DNA from: Massalongia carnosa
Lineage: Eukaryota
Assembly (NCBI GenBank): GCA_965645245.1
Contig: OZ287076.1
Coordinates: forward strand, 1,736,001 to 1,800,000
Length of the DNA stretch: 64,000 nt
Direction: 5' to 3'
Part shown: one piece after another, positions 35,104 to 47,585 of the stretch
Layout: the number at the start of each line of letters is the position of its first letter
Position numbering within the stretch: the stretch's first letter is position 1
Notes under the pieces: model-generated
What the model saw: only the letters and a program-made list of their open reading frames with translations
What the model was told of the DNA's origin: nothing
The model's database searches: none
Translations under genes and position numbers: made by a program

Positions 35104-35923
35104 ATGGCGACGTCAATGCTCGTTCTTCCAGGCGATATTATCCCTTCAGAATCCCTCCCCATCCCTGCCAATCCTGATCATCCTCTCAAACTTGGTCCCG
35201 GGCTACAACGCATCCCCCCCTCCGTTGTAACCACCGTGCTTGCCGGCTCCCTGTGCGTCGACCCCAAAAAATCTGCGATATGGGTAGAGAACAACACTGG
35301 TAGGGTACTACATTTATCTTGTCCTCTCATTCTCCTCTGAAATTCTTAGCGAGATGGATTTGCTGAAGTCATGCAGAACACATAACTAATTTCCATAGTA
35401 TATTCCTCAAACACACGATGTGGTACTTGCCACAGTTCACCACTCGTCAACCGACTTCTATCACTGCTCCATAACCCCTAACACGGCCTTTGCTCAGCTT
35501 CCACAACTCGCCTTCGAAGGCGCGACCAAGAAATCCCGTCCTCAGCTAGTTTCCGGTAGCTTGATCTACGCTCGAATAGTTTCGGCATCAAAATTCATGG
35601 AGCCGGAAATTGTATGTTACAATCCCGCTACAGGAAAAAGCGAGGGCATGGGGGAGTTAAAGGGGGGGATGGTATTTGACGTGAGTTTGGGCATGGCGAG
35701 AAGGTTGCTGGCGAAGAAGCAGAGGGAAGATGGGATGCTAGTGGTGCTGGAGGAGATTGCAGAAAAGGTAGCCTTCGAGATGGCGGCGGGAAGGAACGGG
35801 AAGGTTTGGGTAAAATCGGGGGGTGTAAATGCGACGCTGCTGGTAGGAAAGGCGCTACAGGAGACTGATAGGGAAGGGTTAGGCGTGGCGGAGCAAGAAA
35901 AGCTTGTTCGAAGGTTGTTATGA
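35104..35923 (+). CDS. RRP40: Exosome cap subunit Rrp40
   Basis: VLPGD, LKLGPGL, GR|YIP across intron 35305-35398, LAFEGATKKSRPQL, GELKGGMVF, GRNGKVWV (S1/KH domains). Confidence 0.92.
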
Positions 35924-35941
35924 CCTTTTTAGAGAATGACG

Positions 35942-35971
35942 AGGAAGTTCCCTAGGAAGTTCCCTAGGAAG
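35942..35971 (+). repeat. Short 12-bp tandem repeat (AGGAAGTTCCCT x2.5) just 3' of RRP40
   Basis: Read directly from the sequence. Confidence 0.8.
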
Positions 35972-37225
35972 AGCAAGTGCCGGAGGTTGGCAACCCAGAA
36001 ACGGAGGAAGATGGGAGACAAGATTTTGTCTTCTCTATTGACATTTTCTATTGTAGTTACTTGGAAATCCAATTAACTCGTTAAGCAGTTAATTTGCAGA
36101 GAGCCAGGCATACTTCTGGTTGGATGAGTCCTGAAACAACGCCCTCCAAGGATTCATAACTAATATTGTCGGCATGCAAATGCTTGCACAAGACAATCAC
36201 CGAATTGCTACACACCTATTTTGTTACCGGTTCAATAGATCATACTTCAATTTCTATCATCTGGAATAGCTCCATCGAGCACTCTCGACCTACTAATAGA
36301 ATTTTGTGCCACAACTTGATATCTAGCCAGCGGATCCATAAATGCGTGGCATGAAAGTCAATTCATCATCTCGATTCCCTGGAAGCATCGCCTTGTTAGC
36401 TTTGTCATTGCTCATGTAAGATGCCTAAATTCAAGGTCACTGAAGGTCAGACAGAGCTTGGTCCCTACCAGCTTAAGCTTGGAGATCAGACATCAATCTT
36501 GTTGTAGGAATCCTCGTGGGCTCTTAAGTGACAGAAGCTGAACCAAAAATGAGTCACTTTGCCTGGCTTTTGACCTACATATATCTCAATCATGGATTGA
36601 TTATGGGTTGCTGCATGTTGATGCTGGATGATGGGTTTGGTTAATTAGGCGGCACGGCACGCTAGCCGAGGGTTGATACTTGGCATTCACGTGGTAATGC
36701 GTAAATATATCACATGACTGAGGCACCCGTGCGTTCACGAGTAAAGCTCTCAGCCACACATTTTACTCCCATCACCATCGAATTGATGATAAGCTGGATT
36801 GCCGTACTGCTTATGCATTTTTGATATGAATCATTGCCATCAGCATGGATCGATCCCTGGGAAGCCCAAGGCCCAGCGACTCAACGCCAAGCTCAGAGAA
36901 GAGTGTTAGGGAATGCTTGAAGAACATGAACAAGCCATATGCAGCTAAACTTTACAGGCAGAGCGTGGCGTACTGGTAAAGGATGCAGAGAACAGGTAAC
37001 AGGGTAGAATACCTGATCCCATTGCATAAATACCAGCCTCCCGAACCTCCAAAGGATGTGTGATACTTGCAACACCATGTGATAATATTTCCCTTGGCAA
37101 GAGGATTCCAGAACACAAAAGCGTCTACGAGTCAGAATCTTTGCATTCATATACTCCGAGGACCCTTCCGGAAAAATACCAGGGCACTCATTTTTAACGC
37201 CGTTGTTCCCAAGTCCAGCGCTGAC

Positions 37226-40003
37226 ATGTCTTCCTCCTCGAGCATTCTATCGCAGACTTTACAGTCAATCACAGCCATCAAGTTACGAGAATTGCTTAAG
37301 CAGCGTGAGACCTTTAATTCTCGCAAGAAGAGTATACTCGTTGATGTTGAGAATGCTACCGACGAGGAGCTCAAGGTTCGCCTCCTGCTCTCTGGTTTGG
37401 CGAGAATGCATGCATCCGGTGCCGGAAAGTCTCTTGAAGAACTGCAAGGATCAGAGCTCGAAGACCACCTGGGAGACCTGTCCTTGAGCAACATTCGCCG
37501 CTTCTCCGATCAGTCAAAATATGATCCTTCCATGACATCCTCCCTTCTGGAAGAGTTCGCGGACGACCTTCACAAGGTTCTAGACCGCAAAACCCGTAGA
37601 TTCGATTACGCCGACTTATACTCCCGACTGCTGACAGAATGGTTGGAATCCGATGCTTCTAGTCCTATGGATGTCACAGCACCTGAAAACGACCCTTCCG
37701 ATGGTACATTTGAAATGGTCGAGACGCAAAAGACAAGACTACAGCAGCTAAGCGAGAAGTTCGAGTCTATCGTCTTTACACCTTTAGAGGTGAACGCCGC
37801 GAAAATCGAGGACTTGTTGACTAGACTCTTCTCTGATGAGGAAGCTACGATGTCTTTACATTGGCTCAGAACCAATATTAAGCGTTTTGGCGATACGTTT
37901 GCTGCAAAGCCGAAGCCGTTTGACCATGATGTTCTTCGCTGGTGTATCAATGGGCTCCTTCAGAGTGATCTCTTGAGCGACCAGAAGCAGAATACCCTAA
38001 AGGATTTTCTTCAAGATGATGTTGTTTTAACCGAGATTGAAGATGTTTTGAACATGCGATTTGCCGACCTTGAGGGGTGGGAATGGGATGCTGACAATGG
38101 GATTCCAGTTGAACCTCGCCGCCAGCTGAATGGTAAGTATCGGGTTGTCATGGACGAAGATATCCTTCAATCGATATTTTTACATTATATCAGCGTGTCC
38201 TGGTCTGTACAGTTCAAAATGGAACTAACGGACATCATACGCAACCCACATGTTTGGAAAAAGCCACAGTCCTTGCCATCAGAAGAGTCGGAGCGTCGAG
38301 AATATTACCTGGGACAAGTTCCAAATCCATTGGTCGTTGGCCTTGCGGATCTACGACAGAATACATACACAAATTCTTTCTTCATGTGCCAGCTACCATC
38401 AGACGTGAAAATGGGCGCCAAAAGTTATGACGACGAGGACAAGAAGGGTTCTTTGAATATGAAACAGGAGCTATTGCGGACTCTGGGAAGCGAAGTCATC
38501 ATCCGTCGCGCTCTGTATGGAGAAGTCGCCGTGGTCCGGTCAGACTTGCAGTGGTTTGCAACTTCAACCTCCCACCTAGCCGTCACCACGATCTTGAAGT
38601 TCTTTGGTGTGCCGCAGATTTGGATGTCTTTCTTCCAGCGCTACCTCGAAGCCCCGCTCCGGATGGTCGGTCTTGAGGGCTCCAGCGGCGAAGTACGTAC
38701 GCGGAAACGTGGAGTGCCTATCGGCCATGTCTTCCAAAAACTTTTCGGCGAACTCATCATTTTTGCCATGGACCTCGCTGTCAACCAAGAGGCTGGAATG
38801 CTTCTGTATCGGCTTCACGACGACCTATGGCTATGTGGCGAGCCAGAGAAATGTGCCAAAGCATGGACGGCCATGGAGCGATGTGCTGCAATCATGGGGG
38901 TGGAGTTTAATGAAAGTAAAACTGGTTCCGTCTACCTGCCTAGTGATTCGGCCAACAAAGATCTACTCAACACGGAGCAGACTTTAGCGGTGCTACCAAA
39001 AGGTAAAATCATCTTAGGCTTCTTAGAACTCGACCCCAAGACGGGCGATTGGATCATTGATCAGACACAAGTCGATGCGCATGTCCAGCAGCTGAAGAAA
39101 CAGCTGAAGGATTGCCACAGTGTCTTCTCCTGGATTCAAACTTGGAACAGCTGCATCGGGCGTTTCTTCAATTATACCTTTGGGCAACCAGCGAATTGCT
39201 TCGGACGGAGACATGTCGACATGATTCTGGAGACGCACGGAAAGATACAGCAAGTCCTCTTCCGCGACGCATCAGTGGAGGGTAACAGCGTAACAGAATA
39301 CCTAAAGAACCTGATTACCAAGCGTTTCGGGGTGCTTGATGTCCCGGACGCTTTCTTGTACTTTCCCGAGGAACTTGGAGGTCTTGGTCTTCGAAATCCA
39401 TTCATCTCCTTTTTAGTCATTCGAGAACAGCTTGTTAAAGATCCCCAAGCAACAATGGCGGAATTCTTCGAGAGTGAAAGAGAACATTACAAGCGCACAA
39501 AGCAAGAATTCGATGCTCTAAGCGAAAACGAGCGAAAACGTCGCATGAGCAAAATTTGGGACACGGGTGTCGGAAAAGTCAACAAGTATGTAGAAAAGTC
39601 AAACGACCCGCATGAAATACTGACATGTCCCCATGATAGCACTAAACACCGCTTCCACGACCATGTCGGCAAAGAGTTCATGACGTTCGAAGACTTCACC
39701 TGCTACCGCGAAACCTTAAGTTACCATCTGCGCGCCACCTACCTCAAACTTTTGCAGACCCCCAGCCAGGACAATGTGCGCCAGTCGTGGCACGTCTCCC
39801 ACGCCCTCCAGAACCTAGCGCTCGCGCAGCCGAAGCTGGCCTGGGATAAGCTGAGCGCGGACCAGAAATGGATCATTCAGCTGTACTCGACTGGTGTCTT
39901 GGAGCGGTTCGGCGGGCTGAATCTCGTGGATCGGGGGCTGTTGCCGATGGGGATCATGACTATGTTGCGAGCGAGGAAGGTCACGTGGCAGGCGGTGCTT
40001 TGA
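37226..40003 (+). CDS. rvt: Cellular reverse-transcriptase-related protein (rvt class), 925 aa
   Basis: Intronless ORF from the first ATG. N-terminus SQTLQSITAIKLREL with coiled-coil character. RT motifs PRRQLNGKYRVVMDEDIL, RSDLQWF, RGVPIGH, LYRLHDDLW, FNESKTGS, LGFL. C-terminal FPEELGGLGLRNPF and LLPMG. No gag, endonuclease, RNase H, LTR or TSD nearby. Confidence 0.88.
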   Translation: MSSSSSILSQTLQSITAIKLRELLKQRETFNSRKKSILVDVENATDEELKVRLLLSGLARMHASGAGKSLEELQGSELEDHLGDLSLSNIRRFSDQSKYDPSMTSSLLEEFADDLHKVLDRKTRRFDYADLYSRLLTEWLESDASSPMDVTAPENDPSDGTFEMVETQKTRLQQLSEKFESIVFTPLEVNAAKIEDLLTRLFSDEEATMSLHWLRTNIKRFGDTFAAKPKPFDHDVLRWCINGLLQSDLLSDQKQNTLKDFLQDDVVLTEIEDVLNMRFADLEGWEWDADNGIPVEPRRQLNGKYRVVMDEDILQSIFLHYISVSWSVQFKMELTDIIRNPHVWKKPQSLPSEESERREYYLGQVPNPLVVGLADLRQNTYTNSFFMCQLPSDVKMGAKSYDDEDKKGSLNMKQELLRTLGSEVIIRRALYGEVAVVRSDLQWFATSTSHLAVTTILKFFGVPQIWMSFFQRYLEAPLRMVGLEGSSGEVRTRKRGVPIGHVFQKLFGELIIFAMDLAVNQEAGMLLYRLHDDLWLCGEPEKCAKAWTAMERCAAIMGVEFNESKTGSVYLPSDSANKDLLNTEQTLAVLPKGKIILGFLELDPKTGDWIIDQTQVDAHVQQLKKQLKDCHSVFSWIQTWNSCIGRFFNYTFGQPANCFGRRHVDMILETHGKIQQVLFRDASVEGNSVTEYLKNLITKRFGVLDVPDAFLYFPEELGGLGLRNPFISFLVIREQLVKDPQATMAEFFESEREHYKRTKQEFDALSENERKRRMSKIWDTGVGKVNKYVEKSNDPHEILTCPHDSTKHRFHDHVGKEFMTFEDFTCYRETLSYHLRATYLKLLQTPSQDNVRQSWHVSHALQNLALAQPKLAWDKLSADQKWIIQLYSTGVLERFGGLNLVDRGLLPMGIMTMLRARKVTWQAVL

Positions 40004-40517
40004 TGCTTTTTGGTATTATTGAGAGTATCTAGCTTTCAGGGGACTCGGATGTTTGACGGGTCGTGCTCGTTGAGAACGTGTAATTGAGCTGCGATTGCAA
40101 TCATATTACGTCAAACCAATGGGAATATCAAATAAAGGGCAGAGGAGAAGGGCGACGAGGGGGAAAAAAACATCCCCCTCCCTCCCTTTTCTCGTCTCTA
40201 CCTCGTAATGTTGCGAACCCCCCGCCCCCCCCCCGAAAAACTCTCACCCGCAGCTAACAAAACGTGGTTTTTTCTAATTTCAATCATCATTGGAAAAAAA
40301 AAAGGGCTTTACGGATGTTCGGATTCGCAGGCGAATACATGGAACAACTACACAACCCCTTACCCAGACACTGAACTGGAGCTGGCCTCTTTCTTTCTTC
40401 CTTTCATTCTTTCATTCTTTTATTTACTGGTGGTGTAGATCCTTGGGGGGGGGAGGGGTTGGTTGAGGCAGAGAGGGAGAGTGGTGTGTATAGGGGCCGA
40501 AACGGATGGAGAATTAG

Positions 40518-40541
40518 TGAATGAATGAATGAATGAATGAA
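40518..40541 (+). repeat. (TGAA)6 microsatellite within a low-complexity purine-rich intergenic tract
   Basis: Read directly from the sequence; adjacent GA-rich repeats. Confidence 0.9.
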
Positions 40542-41414
40542 GGAGGGAATATGAGAGAGTGTGAGAGAGAGAAAGAGAGAGAGGTGGATTGTTGGTGCGA
40601 TATATACCAGGTAAGGAAAGGAAGGAAGGAAGATCAATCAAAAGAGTGTGAGGAAATCCATCGTCCACCCTGAAATACATACGCACTGCAAAAACCTCAC
40701 TCGCTGGAACCACCTTCTAAAAATCAGCCAGCCAGTCAACGAGCGAGCGAGTGAGTAGGTAAAGAGCAGGTGGGACACCTCAAGGATTTGATTTTGATTT
40801 TGAATTTTCTAAACCTTAGCCCTCTGGGATTTCCACCCATTCACTCATTCATTCATTCATTTATCCTTCCATCAACATATAATATTCCAAATCCCATCAC
40901 TATCATTATCTAGATTTCTTTCAGCCAGTTCCGTTTAGGGACAGGGAGGGTGTTTAGAAAGGAGAAGATGACGATAAAAATGTGATGTGGTATGGTTTGA
41001 TTCAGTATTGGCAGAAACATAGATAGGTATGAGAGAGAATGGAAATAGGGATGTGGGAAAAGACAAATGTAGTGAATATGGTTTGGGTTGGTTTTCCCTT
41101 GCGTAAACGGGGGGAAGATATGGAGTGGTGAGCATGTAGCGGAAAAAGAAGAGAGGAGACGATATCAATTATGGGCGGCTGTGGGGAGGATCCATGAGAG
41201 GACCTTTGGAGGGGAGACGCGGGACTGGTGTCCCTTCTTCGTTTTGCTTGTTTGATCGCGCTCCTTGGCTTTGGCTGTAAACAAACATGAAGGCTTCATC
41301 TCCACATCCCCCTTCCCCCTCCCTTCTTACCAACCCTACCGAATACCTCCCCTCCACTTCCCTCCTAATTCTTCTCTAGCAAAACAAAATCCCGACATAA
41401 TCCAAAGCCCAGAT

Positions 41415-42005
41415 TTACTTCTTTCTAAAACTGCACATCTCCGTCAGTCGCGCCTTTCCACCCGTGGGCTGGCTCAGCACTGTGCTGCATCCCCCACAAA
41501 TGACGACTGTTTGTGCGTGCGAGAAGACGGTCGTAATGGTGAAGCAGCCCGGGCATTTAACATCCATAAAAAAGGATCGGGGGGCGGGCACAAGGGTCTA
41601 TGAGTGGAGAATGAGAGGTTGGTAAAACTTCAGAGAAGTGGGCGGGGGAGAGGGTGGAAGAGAGGGGAGAGAACATTGAAGGGGGAGGGAACTGGGCAAG
41701 GAGATAGAGATGATGATTGATTTGGGGCCGAAAGGAGGGTCGTTTGGCGAAACAAGAAACACACCTTTAACTTGTGTTTGCGCGCCTCGGCCGCGGGAGT
41801 AGGATTCAGCAAGTCGATGGCAAGAACCTATAGCCGAGGGCATAGAAAAATTTAGCCAAAACTGCCCAAGCCCTAGTTCTTCACCTCTTTCAGGTTTGTT
41901 ATTCTCTGTAATCCTGTTTATCCGATGCGCAGGTTATGTCGCGCATGTGATGTGTGGTGATAGGTTTGGATGAGGCGGAGGGAGCGAGTATTGGAGACCT
42001 ACCAT
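41415..42005 (-). CDS. RPS27: 40S ribosomal protein S27 (eS27), 82 aa
   Basis: Exons 42005-42003 (ATG only), 41827-41765 ([21 protein letters not shown]) and 41597-41415 ([60 protein letters not shown]). Canonical GT-AG introns. Not captured as a whole by the ORF track. Confidence 0.97.
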
Positions 42006-44264
42006 TTTGACGATGATATCTTTGATATGGGTGTTTGTGGCAAATATCGGGTCTGTCTCTACGGCCGGGTTTCTTTCCTCCTTATTGACTCGAAAATACG
42101 TTGGTGGTCTGGATAAGGAGAGTGTATGTGATAGATAGCTGGGTGGACGTTGAACCTGGCGTTGAAGTAGGGACAGGTGAGAAATCTGATGGTGGTTGAG
42201 TAAATAATTTTAGAGCTAAGTTGGTGGGAGGGCACGGGACCTAGCCAAGCGAGTGGAGCTAGTTCGTTTGGACTGTACAATCCCCCTTTCTGTACATTAT
42301 CTCCCAACTTCCTATTCTGTCATCCTCATGTGTGGTGGCTTTCTCATCGTGTAAGTCTGTCATGCCTGGGGGCGGGTTTCTTTGTTATTAATATTGGAAA
42401 TGTTTCTGCTATTGTTGTTTAAAATGGGGTTTTCGGGAGGAAGGAAGCACGCGAGCGACCAAAAAAATATATATACATCAAGCATGGCTTGAGAAGTCAC
42501 ACCTTTACAACTTGCCTTCCCTGTTTTTCTTCAATAAAATTCAACCAATTAAGCTTCTTTATTGATTGGTAAAACATTGTGAAGAGGTTAACTATATCTT
42601 GATATTGCATTTCTCAAGTTTGATGTTATCAAACCATCCTTTCAATATTGTGGTTGAAACCGCACATCAACACAAGAATATGTGACTTGGTTTTTCTTGT
42701 TGCCAGTGAGGGATTTTATCCTGTTGATCATGCTGGCTTTCCTTTTTGAGTATAATCTTGCCACCCCCAAAGTCTCAAGGGACTTCTCTCTCTATTTCTG
42801 TGACCCTTTATCTTTTTTATCCGCTTATTTCCCTCTCAAATACCTCATTCCTATCAACCAGGTAAATCTAAAGAAAGAATGGGTAAAGAAAGATGTCAGA
42901 GCCGATACTAAATAAGAAAACAAAAAGGGAAACCATCACCCCTTTTCCCGATATCAAATGTCAAACACATACCAACCACCACCGACGCCGAAAACAAACC
43001 AAATCAAATATCTCATCTTACCTTATCTTACGAGCTACGAAGCTCTAAAAAATCGAGGTTTCAGATATCCAGTAGCAAACCGGCCTCGCGGAGAGTTGGA
43101 TACCTATTTACCTACCTACTTCCTTAACGCCCCGTTATTCCCAGCCCATTAGCAAAACCACACCCACCTCCATATTATTCCCGCTCTCCTTTTTTCCGCA
43201 CTTGGCATGTATCCTCAAAAGGAGACCCAATCTCTAGTATCTATGTTTCATTTCCTTTTCTTCTTTTCTTAACCTTTCTACCTAAATCTTTATTTATCCA
43301 AATTCCATATAAGAGAGCTGAAAGAAAGGGAGAGTTGTTGACGAAATAAGTAAGAAAAGGGATGAAGAAAACCAACTGAACAGATTATGGCTGGTAGCAG
43401 ACAGAGCAGATCAAAGAAACAGATATACAAAAAGAAATTAAGGCGAACGGACGAACGAACGAACGGATGGACGAACGGACGAATAGAAGGATCATACATA
43501 ACCTTGCGTTCAAACCGGGGGGAAATAGAGAAAAACAAGGAAGGAAGAAAGAAAACAACAGTTGAAACCGAGGCTGCCCCGAGGCTGCCACGAGGCGAGA
43601 AAACGAACAGGGACACGAAGATATGTACCGAACTGCCATAACCAACAATGCTCCCTGTTATTCATACCCCCACAGCGGGAAGGGTTTGGGCTGGTTTGGA
43701 TGATTTATGATGGAGTGGCAGAGAAAATACCGAGTACCGGGTAACTAGGTAAGTACTTATTGAGCGAGTTTGATAAATACAAGGTTAGACGAGAGGTAGT
43801 TAGCCATACTCCACCCGCAGGATATTATATGTAATCTTTGTTTAACACTACCCTGTACCTACAAATAAATCCTCTCGCAGCAGAACCCAGCTTTGTTCTG
43901 TTCCTTCCTCCACCCCTCAGAGATGGAGGCAGGCAGATAGCCGGATAGACAGCTAGCTAGCCTAGTAGCCGAGAATCGCTGAAAAGAGGAAAAACAAACC
44001 CAAGAAATGAGGCTCCATTCGTCTCGCCTCGTCTCGTCTTGTTCGGGTCATGTCCGTAGTCAGTTAGCCTCGCGTCAAACAGTTACATACACCATCAGCT
44101 CTGACGAACTAGCGTCATGCTACCCCATCAAACCTCGCGCCTCATCCCATCCCATCCCAATCCAACCTACCCTATTTCATTCTACAGGTCAAAACTCCCA
44201 TATCCCGCATTTCAGATTCAGTTTTTCATCTCAACGTTATTTGTTACGCCCGCCCTGGTTCATG

Positions 44265-45300
44265 TCAGATCAATTCATCCCCGGCGCCTGCTACGCTGTC
44301 CTGAATCGCCCGCATGATCTCGCCCTCCGCAAACGCGGGCCCGCTCCCATCGCACATGGCCCGGTCCTTGAGCCGGTCGCACACCTCGCCAATATCCACC
44401 ATGCCCTTCCGGAACAGCTCGTGGTTCTGTATCAAATCCCACGTCGCGCCCGTGCCCATCAGTCGCTCGCCCGTAGTGGCGGAAACCTGAATGCGATGGG
44501 AGATGGGCTTGTTCATGGATGCGGAGTGGGAGCTCGAGAGGGCTTCGTGGAAGGCAGAAGGAGAATATGTTTGAGGGCCTGGGATGGGAGAGTCGGGCGG
44601 GGGAGGTAGAGAGGGGTGGCCGTGAGAGTTGTTTAAGTGAGCTAGGTGGAGGGGCGTGGTGGTGGCACGGAGAATCTCATTCTGGGTAGCGAGCTTTTCG
44701 AGCTCGCGCTTGAGTCGTTCGTTGTCAGTAAGGAGGGTGGAGGAGTGCGCTTCTAGGCTATTAAGTTTGATTTCCAGGTCTTTGACGTGGCGTTCCTTGC
44801 GCTCGCGGAAGGCTCGCTGGCTGCGCCACGTGTGAGTACGTTTTGTAATCAAGGGACAAGGAAAAGATATTACGCTGCTCTGTTCTGGGCCTTTCGCCGG
44901 CTTTGGGCAGGTGTGAGATTATCCTTGTCATCATCGCTGCTTCGGCCTTGAGCTTGGTCGTACGTATCGAATTCGCCAGACATTTCGTTCGAGTGAGAAT
45001 TTTCGCGGAGGGGGGCGGTGGATATGGATTGTCTATGTATGGATTGAGGCGGCGATTGTGGTTGAGCGATCATGTGGTTTGGAAATTGGTAGGTCTGATC
45101 AAAGGCATGGAAAGCGCTGTGTTCTCCATAGGCATCCTGAACGAATGACTCAGTTTCAATAGGACAAGAGGGATTGCACAGCATCCGCTCACAATGGTAT
45201 CCCGGGACATGTCCTCATGTGGGGTATATGGGTGTTCGGGCTTGGAAGGCAAACCCACGTAGGGGTATGGTTGAGGGGTGGCGAAATACGAATAATCCAT
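44265..45300 (-). CDS. Yap/AP-1-family bZIP transcription factor (Fcr3/Yap3-like)
   Basis: Exons 45300-45193, 45136-44874 and 44820-44265. Basic region RRKAQNRAAQRAFRERKE, leucine zipper, C-terminal WDLIQ...LKDRAMCDGSGP. Confidence 0.88.
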
Positions 45301-45439
45301 GGTTTTGCGAAAGATGCCGAGGCAAAAAACGCAATGATGAGGAGGATGATTTTCTCACAGAAGGCGCTGGCAATAATGAGCGGGAGCCTGAGATTTGAAA
45401 TTCTAGTAAAGAAGCCAGGCCAAGCTTTCTATGAATAGA

Positions 45440-45488
45440 CTGGTAAATGGGGAGTTAGTGGGGTAGGGATAGAGGTACTCGTACCTAC
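45440..45488 (-). other. Probable 5'-UTR intron of the bZIP gene
   Basis: Minus strand GTAGGT...CACTAAC...TTTACCAG, 49 nt, about 140 nt upstream of the ATG. Confidence 0.55.
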
Positions 45489-47585
45489 CGGATCAAGAGT
45501 AGTTGTGCTTCTAGTCCACGTCTACTCGCCGTTGTTGGAACCAAGATAGATAGCGCCGGCGATCAGGGGCGATGAGTTGGATTATCGCCTTAGTCAGGTG
45601 GCTTGAAATCATCAGTGACAACTCAGGGGAACGTAGAGAGTAAAGAATATTTGAACACGTACCACAAGCGAGGAAGAGGGTGTGAAGGGTTACTCCTTGC
45701 ATGTACTCTGCACTCGGTGTTCCTATGAGACGTTGAGACTTTTCATCCCCTTAAGGATACAATATAAGACTTGAGGGTTTGGGGCTGCGGGACTGGATGA
45801 TTTATATCACGTCTTCTGGCCATTAGATGATTTTTAGTCAAATGAACTGATCAACATCGGCATGTGTTGTAGTCGCACAGCCAGAATAGGTAGTTATGGT
45901 AAGGTCAGGGAGTTTTTCAGGTACTGCATGTCACTTTTGTGCTGCAAGGCAAGGCAGAGGTAAAGGCAAAGGTAAAGGCAAGGTCTCAGATACCTCTTCA
46001 TATAAGATACAGAAGTGTTTTCTTTGCCCAACGCTTTTTCTTAGCCACTGGACCAAACGTTTCGAACACACGGCCTACATCCATCATCACTCCCCGTCTC
46101 CCTGTCTCCATCTCTCGTGAAGAAAGCAAAAAAAGTCGCTTGTGTTACAGGAGGAGGGGTGCGCGTTTTCTGCGCCATTTGGTGGGCTCAATCGGAATTG
46201 GCGCTCGACCGCTGCAGCGAAGAAGTACCTCTATACCTGGGAGATACATAGCTTGGGCTTAAAGTTCCTTCTATGCGGTGCAATGTGCACTGTACATGTA
46301 GGTGCTGGACGACAACTATATCCCGGAACATGGGGAAAGAGCACGAGCTGTCCACTTGCACTGGTTGACGTCGCCCCTCTGCCACCTCGCTGGCCATGGA
46401 ATGGTGCTTGACGACTTCCTCGAAATATTGGTGATGCTAAAATTCGCTCGTAAGACATTCTGCCTAACGTGCTCCGTAGAGAAGCAAAGTATCAGTTAGC
46501 GTATTAAGTGCTGACCTTCTAGCTCTTCGATGAAAAACAATTTTTTCTTCTTCTTCCTTAAAATTCGCCTCAACGTGGAACCAGGGATCTGAGCCCAAGG
46601 ACACTTTCTTTGCATCGAATCACGTTGTGGTTGCCGCACCATGCACCGTCCCAACAACCCAATTTCTCAACGCCAAAATTTCTTCATCGGCAATATGCTT
46701 TCGCCGCACGACCTGGAGCTCCGGGAAACTTCACCCTTCTGGCAGGCGCTTCTATTATCGAGCGAGGCCGCCGTTTTGCGGTTTTTTACCTTTCCCGCTC
46801 CTCTCAGACCTACGCGGTCTCTGCTCTGAATTGATCTTCATACACTATACATCCACTGTACAGAATAGAGAGTACGAAAACTCCTATTTGATTCTTGAGC
46901 ACAGGCCCGATCGCTCGTTGTCATTCATTCGTCCATCTGGTCCTTTGCTAGTTATACTTCAAAGCCAAGAATTGCAAATGAGCCTTGTTTCTCTCTACCT
47001 TTCGTCAAACCTTCGGCGACGCATGGTCAAGCGATATCGTATCAATGCTATCCATAACATAAAAATTACAAGGTCAGGAATAAACTGTATAAGAAAGCCC
47101 TTTAGACGAAAGCTACCAGGTTCGGTGGCAAAGGCACGGTCGGCCGCAAAGTCTAGTGATACTTTGAAATTGAAACAACTTCAACTTGACCCCAACTTGC
47201 AAAGTCATTCACTAGTCACAGCGTAGGTGGCTTGCCAATGTACACAAGCATAACTTACTTCACCAAGAGATGCGACTTATCCCACTCGTTCATGGCCTTG
47301 CAGTGGGGCCGGTACTTTTCGAGAGCCGCACACACCGCACTGACCGCTCGCCCAGAGCTATTGCCAGTGGAACTTTCCAAGCGCAGACTGGGATTGGCTC
47401 ATGTCCCCTTTTCTTATTGCGGTTGCTTCTGATGCTCATCATGCGCGAAATGACCTATTCGGAAAGAATTGACACCTTGGCGACCTCAATGGTACATTCA
47501 ACGATAAAAGTCTCGTAGCCAAAGTACGTGTATTCAGTCAGCGCACTGTTTTGCGTACGCGCATGCGCAGCATTCAAGTCGAATT

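Noticed and set aside
36784..36900. Box C/D snoRNA or RT-associated ncRNA upstream of rvt (TGATGA seen)
   Set aside because: No nearby box D (CTGA), terminal stem or recognisable guide; cannot be supported without a covariance search.
37067..37225. N-terminal extension of the RT ORF from a TTG start
   Set aside because: Non-ATG start; the rvt-like N-terminus begins at the ATG at 37226.
37226..40003. RT ORF as a retrotransposon or group II intron
   Set aside because: No gag, protease, endonuclease, RNase H, integrase, LTRs or poly(A); motifs fit the rvt class.
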